Origin: a virus
Reading direction: 5' to 3' (one strand)
Length of the DNA: 64,000 bases
Virus record (IMG/VR): IMGVR_UViG_3300037440_000313
Span: 1 to 64,000 of that record
Shown: positions 17,542-26,962 of the stretch, one piece after another
Numbering within the stretch: position 1 is the first letter of the stretch
How the letters are laid out: each line of letters starts with the position of its first letter
Position numbers and translations under genes: made by a program
Notes under the pieces: model-generated
What the model was told of the DNA's origin: nothing
Database searches by the model: none
Seen by the model: the letters and a program-made list of their open reading frames with translations, nothing else

Positions 17542-20500
17542 TCATGCCAACAATATTAGTACTGTACTTCGTCCATCTCCTTTTAGTATGAGAGCTATTC
17601 CACATGTGGCAGCTCCAGGGCAATCACTAGAAGACATATTGCGGAATTTTCCTGAGTTACCTCCAGAGGTTTGGACTCATGGTATTGTCCGTGTTGGTGG
17701 AATTGAGGTTCCACGAGAATACTGGAGTAGAGTAAAACCTAAACCAGGCTCTAAACATCTTGTTCATATAGGTGTACATGTAGCTGATGGCGGTGGTGGA
17801 AAGAGCATTTTTGCTACCATTGCAGCTATCGCACTAATCATTGCTGTAACGGCAATATCTGGAGGTATCTTAGGTCCTACAGGTGCTTTGTCAATCTCCT
17901 CAACTCTATTCGCTGCAGGATCAACATCGGCTGCACTAGCTGCTGCAGGTGTTTCTATTGTTGGAGCTCTAGCGCTTTCAGCACTAACTCCTACTGCCGC
18001 AGCAGCTCCCGGCCCAGAGTCTGATAATAGTGGTAAAGCCAATCTCGGCGCTGCTTCCATTCAAGGTAATGTACTAGCACCATTTGATGCTATCCCATTC
18101 GTTGCAGGTACGCATAGAGTATCTCCACCCCACTTGATTCCTCCGTGGTCTGAGAGTGTTAATGATGACCAATATGTCTATGCTATTGTAGGGCTTAATG
18201 GGGCTCATCTGCTTGAAGATATTCGCATTAATGGAGCGCCAATAGGCGACTTCGCAGGTGTTGAATATGAAGTACGTGATGTTGTTACTGACGATACTGA
18301 TATCACGTTAATTACTAGTCAAGTATTCGAGAATCAAATCGGTATTACAGTAGCTGGCCATAAACTCAATGACGATGCGGGAGATGAACTACAGGATATA
18401 GAGACGCCAGAGAATTCATATCCCGTATGGAGTGGAACTAGATCACGTAAAGATCCAGATGAGATCTGGTTAGCATTTGTATGGTCAGCGCTGGTGGCTC
18501 AAGAAGATGCTGGTGCTGAACGTGCTGGTATTCCTATAAGAATTCGTATTAGGCGTGAGGGTGATACTGAATGGATTAACTTGCCTGAGTTTCATGCACA
18601 GCGCGAACGCCTCGATGCGTTCAGAGGTACTATTAAGCTCAGGTTCCAAGCAGCAACGACGGCTCTTACGCGCCTAGATCAGGATGTTACTAGACCTCCG
18701 TGGGCCTATGCTCTGTATCTTGAAGATGCAGATAATGATGAGAGCTTTGATGTACATAGCTACTTTGATTTAACTGCTAATAACAATGCAGACAATGTAG
18801 GATCAGAAGATGGTGTAGCTGTTATCTGGCTTGATCCTGCAACATTTCCTGTTGGGTATTATGATGTCCAAGTCAAACGAGGCTATGGTTATTTAGCACA
18901 GGATTTCACAGTATCTACGTATGTATACGATTCGGCTATCCCATATTTCTTTAGTCATACACCAGCATCAAGCCCCCCTTCGATCAGACGCGATCAGACA
19001 AAGATAGCATCGGCTATGAGTTTCGTGTCCCTTTCAAGTATGTGGGATGAATATCCACTACGTGAGAAAGGCTTGTCGCTAATCGTGGTCAAGGCGAAAA
19101 ACGTCTCGATCAGTTCACTATCGGTGCTTGCTACTGGGTACGCTAACATCTGGGATGGCACTGATTGGGATACTTTTGAACCTACACGTAACCCTGCTGC
19201 ATGGTGGAGATATCTTGCTTTCGGTGCGCAGAGTAATAGACCTATTTTCATCGAAGCTCAACTTGACGATGAGTCGCTTCAGGAATGGTATGACTATTGT
19301 GGTGATCGCCGTACTCTCGGTGCTAGTTTTGATGGCACTAATGACTACCTAACACGTGATGGAGGACTGACTGGGGCAGCTGACAGTAAGCAATTTACTT
19401 TCAGTCTTATGTTATATAGGTCAAATGATGATGCAGTTATCCTTGGGGCATCATCATCATTAGCAGGGGCAGAAGATAGATTCAGGATAGTTATTGATGC
19501 AGATGGGCTACTTAATATCATAGCTACTAATGCTGCAGGTACTACTATTCTAGATGTGGAAACGTCTTTCCTTATCTCAATTGATCAGTGGACACATATA
19601 GTAGGTAGTTTTGATCTAGCTGATACTGCTGATAGGCATTTATATGTTAATGACAACGATCAGCTAGTTGTTACTACATACACAAATGACACGATTGATT
19701 TTACTTTGGCTGACTGGGCTATTGGAGCTGCTCCTGACGGTTCAAATAAGCTTGAGGGGGCTATTGCAGATTTTTGGTTTGAAGATGGACTGTATATCGA
19801 CCTTAGTGACGAGAGCAATCGCCGCAAGTTCCTTAGTGAGTTTAAACGCCCCGTCAATTTAGGGGCTGATGGATCTATACCTACAACGACTTCTCCAATT
19901 CTATTTATGTCAGGAGCAATTGGCTCTTGGGAGACTAACAAAGGGACTGGCGAGGGCTTTACTGAAGTTGGTGAGATCACTGAAGCTACTGTATATGGAT
20001 CAGGTAATAATCCTAACTATGAGTGCAATGCGTTTTTCAATACTGGTCAGAGCCTAGCTAATGTGTTACGTATTGTAGCTGCTACAGGACGTGCGTCTGC
20101 TAGGATGTCTGATAAGATAGGCGTCATTATTGATGATGATAGATCGGCTGAATCACCTATCCAGTTGTTCACGCAACGTAATGCCCGTGGGTTATCCGTA
20201 CGTAGAGCATTCCCACGTATACCTGATGGTTTCCGTATTGGATTCAACGATGAGACAAAAGATTATCTCCCGGAAGAGATCTTTGTATATCGCAATGTAA
20301 TAAATCCGACTACGATTGAGTCGATCAACTACATTGGAATTACGTCTCGCACACAGGCACTTGACCGCGCAAATCTAGATTTTAACCAATTGCTACGCAG
20401 GGGTAGGCTATACACGTTAGAAGTGGATATCGAGAATCTATACTGCGTGAAAGGGTCTCTAGTCTATCTAGTTTATGATGTACTGTCACGGCAATATGAT

Positions 20501-20923
20501 GCTGCGCGCATTGTATCTGTTACGACGTCAATGGGTAATGTCACTGGACTGACGTTGGATACCCCGTTAAGGTTAACACTGATCGGCGACAAAGGTGGAT
20601 CATACCCTGCAGGTGTTGTTATACAGCTCAAAGACGGTACTACTATAGTCGAAGAGATTGACGAAGAAACTGACTCAGCTACGATTACTTTCTCAACGCC
20701 TTTCACTGAGCCTGCAGGAAGTATCCTTGATGAACACTGTTTAGTTGCTTGTGGGTCGTTAGCTACTGTTGAGAAACGCATGCTCGTACTAAGTATTGCT
20801 CCTCAGGACGACTATACTGCGTCAATAACCTTAGTTGATGTAGCTGATCCAATACCAATACTTGCTCCTGGACCGCTAGATGTAAATAGTCCTGACGGCG
20901 AGCAGATCTTCGCGCCATACTGA
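17534..20923 (+). CDS. tail tip / host specificity protein, lambda I::J-like fusion with LamG-like insert
   Basis: 1129 aa from ATG 17534. The N-terminal ~170 aa resemble gpI (GGGGKSIFATIAAIALII.. Gly/Ala hydrophobic stretch). The size is J-like. A concanavalin/LamG-like segment spans about 19320-19830. Confidence 0.7.
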   Translation: MVDHANNISTVLRPSPFSMRAIPHVAAPGQSLEDILRNFPELPPEVWTHGIVRVGGIEVPREYWSRVKPKPGSKHLVHIGVHVADGGGGKSIFATIAAIALIIAVTAISGGILGPTGALSISSTLFAAGSTSAALAAAGVSIVGALALSALTPTAAAAPGPESDNSGKANLGAASIQGNVLAPFDAIPFVAGTHRVSPPHLIPPWSESVNDDQYVYAIVGLNGAHLLEDIRINGAPIGDFAGVEYEVRDVVTDDTDITLITSQVFENQIGITVAGHKLNDDAGDELQDIETPENSYPVWSGTRSRKDPDEIWLAFVWSALVAQEDAGAERAGIPIRIRIRREGDTEWINLPEFHAQRERLDAFRGTIKLRFQAATTALTRLDQDVTRPPWAYALYLEDADNDESFDVHSYFDLTANNNADNVGSEDGVAVIWLDPATFPVGYYDVQVKRGYGYLAQDFTVSTYVYDSAIPYFFSHTPASSPPSIRRDQTKIASAMSFVSLSSMWDEYPLREKGLSLIVVKAKNVSISSLSVLATGYANIWDGTDWDTFEPTRNPAAWWRYLAFGAQSNRPIFIEAQLDDESLQEWYDYCGDRRTLGASFDGTNDYLTRDGGLTGAADSKQFTFSLMLYRSNDDAVILGASSSLAGAEDRFRIVIDADGLLNIIATNAAGTTILDVETSFLISIDQWTHIVGSFDLADTADRHLYVNDNDQLVVTTYTNDTIDFTLADWAIGAAPDGSNKLEGAIADFWFEDGLYIDLSDESNRRKFLSEFKRPVNLGADGSIPTTTSPILFMSGAIGSWETNKGTGEGFTEVGEITEATVYGSGNNPNYECNAFFNTGQSLANVLRIVAATGRASARMSDKIGVIIDDDRSAESPIQLFTQRNARGLSVRRAFPRIPDGFRIGFNDETKDYLPEEIFVYRNVINPTTIESINYIGITSRTQALDRANLDFNQLLRRGRLYTLEVDIENLYCVKGSLVYLVYDVLSRQYDAARIVSVTTSMGNVTGLTLDTPLRLTLIGDKGGSYPAGVVIQLKDGTTIVEEIDEETDSATITFSTPFTEPAGSILDEHCLVACGSLATVEKRMLVLSIAPQDDYTASITLVDVADPIPILAPGPLDVNSPDGEQIFAPY

Positions 20924-20957
20924 CTTAGAGGGATAGAGATAGAGATAGGAATCGACA

Positions 20958-21974
20958 ATGGTAGGCCGGATATTAACTAATAGCAATACAGTCAACTGGG
21001 ATTTCTCTGAGTCTGGTATAGCTAAAGCTATCATAACTGAAGGTGATGATCCAGGTGAAGTAGGTCAAATCCTCACGAGTCAGGGCACAGGTTTACTACC
21101 TATCTGGGTCGATCCTTCAGCGGGTGGTGGGGGTGGTGGTGCGTTAGATTTCCAACGCTTCAACTCTTCGGGTACATGGACCAAACCTGACTCTGGGGAT
21201 GGTTTTGGGGATAACAGCATTGTTCTAGTTCGCGCTTGGGGAGCTGGAGGTTCTGGGGGTAAAAGCCAGAGTGGTTCTGGTGCAGGAGGTGGTGGTGGAG
21301 GTGCTTACAATGAGCGATATCTCCTCTTAAGTGAATTAGGTGCCACTGAAACTGTTACGATTGGTGCCGGAGGTGCTTCTCAAACGACTTCCAACACTAG
21401 CGGGAGTAATGGTGGGAATACTACTTTTGGAAGCTTGCTAACTGCATTTGGTGGGGGTGCAGGGGGTGCATCTGGATCTTCGGCTACTGGTGGCCGTGGA
21501 GGTGGTGGTGGGGGTGGTATATCTGCCGGAAATTCTGGTGATGGCAAGGCAAGTAATCCAGGGACTGGCGGTTCCCCACAACCGGGGACTTCTGGAACTG
21601 ACAGTAATGGGGGCGATTCCGCATTTGGCGGTGGCGGTGGAGGTGAAGCCGCAGCGGCTGGATTCCGCGGAGGTCACAGTGGTTGGGGCGGTGGCGGAGG
21701 AGGTAGTGGCGATCCTGCCTCTGGCACAGCAGTCAATGCAGGTGGTTCATCACTCAGAGGTGGCGGTGGTGGTGGTGGTGGAACTGATGGCGGAACACCC
21801 GGACCCGGCGGAACTTCTATAGAAGGTGGAAACGGCGGTGCTGGTGGTGCTGATGCCACTAACGGTACATCTGGAGTTCAGCCTGGAGGCGGAGGTGGGG
21901 GTTGTGAGACAGGTAACTCTGGTGCAGGCGCTGACGGTCGCATTGATGTTTATGTTTGGGCAATAGCGGATTAG
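20958..21974 (+). CDS. glycine-rich tail fibre-like protein
   Basis: 338 aa with long G-runs and GxGGxGG repeats. It lies directly after the J-like gene. Confidence 0.55.
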   Translation: MVGRILTNSNTVNWDFSESGIAKAIITEGDDPGEVGQILTSQGTGLLPIWVDPSAGGGGGGALDFQRFNSSGTWTKPDSGDGFGDNSIVLVRAWGAGGSGGKSQSGSGAGGGGGGAYNERYLLLSELGATETVTIGAGGASQTTSNTSGSNGGNTTFGSLLTAFGGGAGGASGSSATGGRGGGGGGGISAGNSGDGKASNPGTGGSPQPGTSGTDSNGGDSAFGGGGGGEAAAAGFRGGHSGWGGGGGGSGDPASGTAVNAGGSSLRGGGGGGGGTDGGTPGPGGTSIEGGNGGAGGADATNGTSGVQPGGGGGGCETGNSGAGADGRIDVYVWAIAD

Positions 21975-21978
21975 AAAA

Positions 21979-22623
21979 ATGGCCAGGTTCGCATTAGTTA
22001 AAGATAATGTTACTCTGAATGTGGTAGTCCTAGAGGAGGGAAGCACTTATACACCTCCTAAAGGAACTGTATTAGTTCCTGTGGATAATGCCCCACGTTT
22101 CGGTGCTTATCACACTAGGTATATTCCGAGCGCGCTTCACTTAAGTACTAAGGAAGTCGATAGCACTATCCAATTTTCTGGAGTGGAAGTCACAAGTGAT
22201 CCAGAAGACCTGCAGTTAGTGCGGGATACATTGAAGGTTGGAATTGTAGAAAATAGTATAGCACTAAAGTCCCCGCAAGGTGTTTGCATCTTCAGACCTG
22301 AAGAACCAGGAGTATACGGGATTTATCTGGTGATTCGCGAAGGTGAAGAAGGCTTGATGAAAAGTGCTACGCTAGTGAGAGCGAGTGTTCGCTGGCTATT
22401 TGTCAACACCGACGCTGTTATGGTGTACGGCGAAATGGGAAGTCCGGCGGCGGTGGCAAGTTTCTCTAGGATTCCGGGAGCTCTTATCAGCAACACAGAA
22501 AAGTTTACTCTTGGGGTTTGCACTATAGGGGAGTTCGCATCCGTCTACGGAAAAGATCGCCTTTTAAGTGAGATGACCAATACTACTAAGGTTAACAATT
22601 TACGTACACTCTGGAAAGCATAG
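21979..22623 (+). CDS. hypothetical protein (tail/fibre accessory by position)
   Basis: 214-aa track ORF. It starts 2 nt after the preceding stop. Confidence 0.55.
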   Translation: MARFALVKDNVTLNVVVLEEGSTYTPPKGTVLVPVDNAPRFGAYHTRYIPSALHLSTKEVDSTIQFSGVEVTSDPEDLQLVRDTLKVGIVENSIALKSPQGVCIFRPEEPGVYGIYLVIREGEEGLMKSATLVRASVRWLFVNTDAVMVYGEMGSPAAVASFSRIPGALISNTEKFTLGVCTIGEFASVYGKDRLLSEMTNTTKVNNLRTLWKA

Positions 22624-22662
22624 ACTGAGAAGTTTATAATAACATGACTTTTGTAGGTACAC

Positions 22663-22947
22663 ATGACTGGGGATCGCTTTCAGCCTATACGCCGTAAGGT
22701 GGATAGTGGGGTACGTAATGGCCCTAGCTATCTCCCTTATCACAATGTAGAACCCCATTCAGGTATATCTAACTTAACTGTCGACGAAGTAGAAGCTCTA
22801 AGGGAACTGTTAAAAGCGCGGGAGAGATTCAAGTGGTTATGTGGTCTGATAAAACTGTGGGTAGGGTATCTGACAGCGGGTATTATCACTTTATACGTAG
22901 TTTGGGATCACGCGGAAAAGCTTTACTTGAGAGTGTTATCGCTATGA
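22663..22947 (+). CDS. small membrane protein (holin candidate)
   Basis: 94 aa with one C-terminal TM segment (LIKLWVGYLTAGIITLYVVW). It lies upstream of the endolysin. Confidence 0.4.
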   Translation: MTGDRFQPIRRKVDSGVRNGPSYLPYHNVEPHSGISNLTVDEVEALRELLKARERFKWLCGLIKLWVGYLTAGIITLYVVWDHAEKLYLRVLSL

Positions 22948-23516
22948 TACACCTTCGTAGGGTGCAAAGACACCTGCTAGCATGTTCAGTTACAGGGCTA
23001 ATGGTAATAAGTGCTATTGGAATAGCCCGTGTACATAGTATTAGCCCTGTCAACCTGAATCAGGTTTCATTTAATACTGCCGAAGTTGTTGAGTTAGATG
23101 GTATACGTACGAAACTGACTATTCAATTACGTGCCACTCCGCATGATATCTGCGATGCCTCGATGCACGTAGAGCTCAATGATGGGGTTGAATCGACTCG
23201 AGTATACAGTGCTGGACTATTCAATGAAATGACATTCTTGAATACTGGATGGGCTGTTAAGGAAGTAATACTCCCCAGCTTTAGTCCTCCAGGTAAAGCG
23301 CGCATGCAAGTACTTGGGGAATTCAGGTGTAATTGGTTCCAGCAAGTTACTCCTTTTGTAGTACCTCTAGGATCAGGTGTTATCAAGATTGCGGACGCCA
23401 AGCGCTGGAGTACCAGCCCTGAAGTGAAAGATCTTCGTAACAAGATCCAGTCATTAACAGTATATCTAGAACATCTTCGTGATCGTGTAGAAGCTCTAGA
23501 GCGTAGGAATAATTAA
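22944..23516 (+). CDS. membrane-anchored protein with C-terminal coiled coil
   Basis: ATG 22944 overlaps the preceding stop (ATGA). N-terminal TM segment LLACSVTGLMVISAIGIA. The C-terminus is heptad-like (LRNKIQSLTVYLEHLRDRVEALE). Confidence 0.5.
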   Translation: MIHLRRVQRHLLACSVTGLMVISAIGIARVHSISPVNLNQVSFNTAEVVELDGIRTKLTIQLRATPHDICDASMHVELNDGVESTRVYSAGLFNEMTFLNTGWAVKEVILPSFSPPGKARMQVLGEFRCNWFQQVTPFVVPLGSGVIKIADAKRWSTSPEVKDLRNKIQSLTVYLEHLRDRVEALERRNN

Positions 23517-23539
23517 GCGTAAACCGTAAGGGGGTAGAA

Positions 23540-24829
23540 ATGGTTGCCATAGACAAGACTAAGAGTGCAGAGTCTAAGCCTAAGACCGCAGTTGATAGGC
23601 TTATCGAGGCTGGTGAAAATATGTCTCGTGCGAGCGAGCCACAGTCTCAGCCCCACCCGCCTGAGAAGTCATCTGCGCCTAAGGTCATAACACCTGATAT
23701 GTTTTACAATCCGTTCATGCCTACATTAGATGAGCAGATCGTAATTGAGACTGCCCGCGCTCATGGCATTGAACCTGAAGCGCTTATGGCCTTCGCGCAG
23801 ATCGAGAGCCCCAAAGGGCCTTACATGTCTGATGGACGTCCGTACATCTTGTACGAAGCTCATGTGTTCGCACGCAACTGTGCCCCCAAGGGTAAATACA
23901 ACGATCAATATCCCACGCTATCATCAGCATCATGGGATGCTAGCTTGTATGGCGCAGGCGGCACCCACCAATATGATCGCCTTGAACGTGCATTGCGTCT
24001 CGATCAACATGCCGCCCTATGTGCCTGTAGCTGGGGCTCTTACCAGATCTTAGGCGAGAATTGGGAGTATCTAGGCTTTAGTTCCCCAGAGGAAATGATC
24101 CTTTACATGATCAGATCCGAAGCTAACCAATTCGATGTCTTTATGCGCTTCATAAAGAAGAAGGGTATCATTCATGCCCTCCGTGCAAAAGACTGGGATA
24201 CCGCTTTCTACAAATATAATGGTTCTGCCTACAAGAAACACGGCTATGACACACGGTTCCTCTCTATCTACCGTGATCTCACGAGTCATACGCTGCGTAG
24301 GGGAGCTTCTGGAATTAAGGTGGTTCGTCTACAGAAGTTGTTGAACAAGTTTGACTTCGCTCTAAAAGTTGATGGTGTCCTCGGACCTTCAACTGAAGAA
24401 GCCGTCAAAGATATGCAGCAGCGTTGGGGAATCAAAGTCGATGGAATTGTTGGCGCTGAAACTTATGAGCGGCTCGCGTCTGAACGTGTGGACGATACGT
24501 CTATGCTCGGTTCTAAACGTAACATTGGTGCTGGCGGTGCTGCTATTGGCGGTGGTGCGGCCGTAGTTGAAGGCATCAATAGTATTAACAAAACCGCGGA
24601 GGTCGAAAAGGCTAAGAATATCCTTGACCAACTTAAGGATGTCCAAGTAACAACCGAGACCGCCAATAAAGTGGTTGTCTCCGCAAAAGATGCTACAGAA
24701 AAGGTGATTCAGGTACAGCAGCAATCTAGCGACGCCCTAATTGTATTTGGGCTATTTATAATTGCCGTTGCTGGGTACATCATCTGGACCAAATGGTTTG
24801 ATACGAAGAAAGCTGAAGGGGTCAAATAA
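23540..24829 (+). CDS. endolysin: N-acetylmuramidase (DUF3380-like) + PG_binding_1 + C-terminal TM segment
   Basis: Muramidase motifs: ..QIESPKGPY..RPYILYEAHVF..SWGSYQILGENW.. PG-binding repeat: LRRGASGIKVVRLQKLL..VDGVLGPSTEEAV. C-terminal TM segment: ALIVFGLFIIAVAGYIIW. Confidence 0.85.
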   Translation: MVAIDKTKSAESKPKTAVDRLIEAGENMSRASEPQSQPHPPEKSSAPKVITPDMFYNPFMPTLDEQIVIETARAHGIEPEALMAFAQIESPKGPYMSDGRPYILYEAHVFARNCAPKGKYNDQYPTLSSASWDASLYGAGGTHQYDRLERALRLDQHAALCACSWGSYQILGENWEYLGFSSPEEMILYMIRSEANQFDVFMRFIKKKGIIHALRAKDWDTAFYKYNGSAYKKHGYDTRFLSIYRDLTSHTLRRGASGIKVVRLQKLLNKFDFALKVDGVLGPSTEEAVKDMQQRWGIKVDGIVGAETYERLASERVDDTSMLGSKRNIGAGGAAIGGGAAVVEGINSINKTAEVEKAKNILDQLKDVQVTTETANKVVVSAKDATEKVIQVQQQSSDALIVFGLFIIAVAGYIIWTKWFDTKKAEGVK

Positions 24830-24831
24830 CT

Positions 24832-24996
24832 ATGAGGCAAACCATCTTAGATGCACTGATTGAAGAAGGACCCCATAAAGGCCTTACTCTCGGTGAGTGT
24901 ATGCTGTTAGGCCATGTAATCGATGGGGAGGTAGTTGATAGAGCCTGGCTTGAACGGTTGCATCAGAAACAGAAACAGGAAGTTAAAAGTAGATGA
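24832..24996 (+). CDS. small hypothetical protein (54 aa, below the track cutoff)
   Basis: ATG 24832 lies 2 nt after the endolysin stop. Its stop overlaps the next start (ATGA at 24993-24996). No TM segment is present. Confidence 0.4.
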   Translation: MRQTILDALIEEGPHKGLTLGECMLLGHVIDGEVVDRAWLERLHQKQKQEVKSR

Positions 24997-25250
24997 TCGA
25001 AGCCTTGCTAGGGTTACTGTCCGGCGGTGGCAGTATCCTGATAGCAGCTCTCACCGCCATAGTTGCCCTGATAGGATTATTCTTCAGGGTTAGGCACACA
25101 GCTAAGGCTGAGGTACGCAATGAACTGGAAGTTAAATCCCTCCGCACAAGTGTCCGGTCCACGAGGGCTCGTGAGGACATCGATGGCAATCTGTCTGAGC
25201 TGTCTGATGATGAGCTTGACAAGTTGCGGCAACAATACACAACTGGGTAG
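24993..25250 (+). CDS. i-spanin (Rz-like)
   Basis: 85 aa. N-terminal TM segment (LLSGGGSILIAALTAIVALIGLFF) followed by a charged helical periplasmic domain. It contains the out-of-frame lipoprotein ORF. Confidence 0.55.
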   Translation: MIEALLGLLSGGGSILIAALTAIVALIGLFFRVRHTAKAEVRNELEVKSLRTSVRSTRAREDIDGNLSELSDDELDKLRQQYTTG

Positions 25251-25425
25251 TCCTTTCGGGCTCGATGATATCCCGTTAGACTGTACTGGGTGGAAGAAGA
25301 TTGATCTCCATCCCGATGACAAGCTTACGTCACAGACCTCACGTAAGATTATTGGTCATAACCGGTATGGAGAGTGGAAACGTTGTTGGCCCGCTAAAGA
25401 GCCGAAGCCTGGGCCAACAAGTTAA
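25120..25425 (+). CDS. o-spanin (Rz1-like lipoprotein), overlapped architecture
   Basis: ATG 25120 lies 6 nt after GAGG, in the +1 frame inside the i-spanin gene, and extends 175 nt beyond it. Lipobox LTS/C after a hydrophobic stretch. The C-terminus is Pro-rich (PAKEPKPGP). Confidence 0.5.
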   Translation: MNWKLNPSAQVSGPRGLVRTSMAICLSCLMMSLTSCGNNTQLGSPFGLDDIPLDCTGWKKIDLHPDDKLTSQTSRKIIGHNRYGEWKRCWPAKEPKPGPTS

Positions 25426-25450
25426 ACTGCCCGCAGCCCGCTGCGCGCAG

Positions 25451-25496
25451 GAGTAGTCGGTACTAAGGGTGCCTCCTTGTTTAGCGCCGACTACTC
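25451..25496. terminator. hairpin at the convergence point of the two arms
   Basis: GAGTAGTCGG (25451-25460) pairs with CCGACTACTC (25487-25496), a 10-bp perfect stem. It is preceded by the small hairpin CGCAGcccgCTGCG. The 3' arm overlaps the thyX stop. Confidence 0.45.
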
Positions 25497-26381
25497 ACCC
25501 TCATAAGGTAGATCTGCAACACATTCCCCAGGGATCAACTTCCTGTATTGCACCCACCCACGAAAGTTGTTAGACCTCATCACTTTGGCCATAGGCGTTG
25601 CTTGATGCTCCATTGGAGATGCATGTATTGGGCGTGACTCAACAAGTCTCCTACCTAATGCTAGGTCATCCTCGAATGCTCGTAACACTCCCTTAGATCC
25701 AGATCCAATAGTAGTATATGATACACGTGCACATCGTGCAGCTGAGATTAACCTTAAAGCAGCAATTGTAGTATCATCGTCTATCTTCCTCGGGTCACCC
25801 CCGACATAGGCTTCAAGATCAAGGCAAGTCGCTTCATCGATGTAAGGGAGGTGCCAGTTACCTTCTGCTACTCTACGAGGCACACTCTCTTCTAGCTCTT
25901 CCCGGATCAAGGTCGCCAACTGTTGAATCTCAGGCATTGCATCAGGATGCTCACGTAACTCAATAAAGTTAGCCCAATCAGTAGAAGATACTAACACCTT
26001 CATGTGCTGGTGAGCTTCAGTCAATCTATTGACATGCTGTTTGTGAACGTCACATTTCGATAGTCCCCAGGCTATCGAAGTAGATAACCTACGATGCAAT
26101 CCCCAAAGCCTTTGTGCTCCCCACAGTTTAATGCCGCTCAGGGGGTCACCAGCCTGCATTCCTTTCTTATTAGTTCCCCACTCGATAGGAGTCACAGGCT
26201 GCCAGTGTATTGCCCTCAACATTGCAGATACAGGAATGGCTCGACTACTAGCAGCGTTCCTAGAGAACACCCTGTGAGTCATAAACTCTGCATGAATATA
26301 TCTGGGATACACCAGTTCTAGAGTTGACAGTCGGATCTTAAGATCACTGACTGAATCACATACCATGCGTGCTGTTATCAT
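25491..26381 (-). CDS. thyX: flavin-dependent thymidylate synthase
   Basis: FMTHRVFSRNAASSRAIP matches the ThyX (R)HR-x2-S-x4-5-S-x-R signature. 296 aa. Confidence 0.75.
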   Translation of the reverse strand: MITARMVCDSVSDLKIRLSTLELVYPRYIHAEFMTHRVFSRNAASSRAIPVSAMLRAIHWQPVTPIEWGTNKKGMQAGDPLSGIKLWGAQRLWGLHRRLSTSIAWGLSKCDVHKQHVNRLTEAHQHMKVLVSSTDWANFIELREHPDAMPEIQQLATLIREELEESVPRRVAEGNWHLPYIDEATCLDLEAYVGGDPRKIDDDTTIAALRLISAARCARVSYTTIGSGSKGVLRAFEDDLALGRRLVESRPIHASPMEHQATPMAKVMRSNNFRGWVQYRKLIPGECVADLPYEGE

Positions 26382-26962
26382 TAGTCTCTCCTCGATTTAC
26401 GTATCGCACCCATCCTAGATTTAATTATAGATACTCGTTCCTCAACAGTACACATCGGCATGTGAAGAGCTTTGATATGCATCATGTTGAGATAGCCAAG
26501 CATTGTATGTGCCTGTAAATCCCTCCAAGCTAAACCAGTAGCGCGAAAGCCATCATCCACATACACAATCTCACTATAGGGAGGGAAGTACACAACAAGA
26601 TCATATTGCTTCATGCCATTAAGACATGTAATCAATAACCTATTGTATTCTTGATCAGTTATCTCCTTATAGCAACGAGTCACACAGTAGCTAAGCTGAT
26701 CAATAGGAGTACGATCATATATACCCCACCCACGCTTATCTTGGTTAATCTTGGCTTCGAAGATAGCGTACTGCAACAGCTTCATGTCGTGAGCACTCAG
26801 ATCAAGAGAAGTCTTTTCAGTTACACCAAATTCAGTCATGGTGTCACGTACGATGCTTGGATAGAACTCCTCACCGATTGTAGGATCGGCTGCAAGTTCT
26901 TTAGCTACAGACGTCTTACCCGTGGATCCCGCTCCGCAAAATCCCACCATTAACTCTGACAT
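26381..26962 (-). CDS. P-loop kinase (AAA_28 / NadR-RNK-like or dNMP kinase-like)
   Basis: Walker A GAGSTGKTS near the N-terminus. Small size (193 aa). DRTPIDQLSY is lid-like. The start is coupled to the upstream stop. The substrate cannot be inferred. Confidence 0.5.
   Translation of the reverse strand: MSELMVGFCGAGSTGKTSVAKELAADPTIGEEFYPSIVRDTMTEFGVTEKTSLDLSAHDMKLLQYAIFEAKINQDKRGWGIYDRTPIDQLSYCVTRCYKEITDQEYNRLLITCLNGMKQYDLVVYFPPYSEIVYVDDGFRATGLAWRDLQAHTMLGYLNMMHIKALHMPMCTVEERVSIIKSRMGAIRKSRRD

Noticed and set aside
20958-21974. Diversity-generating retroelement or contingency locus in the Gly-rich fibre gene.
   Set aside because: There is no reverse transcriptase and no template repeat in the window. 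The G-rich codon runs are interrupted, so no homopolymeric slippage tract long enough to argue phase variation is present.
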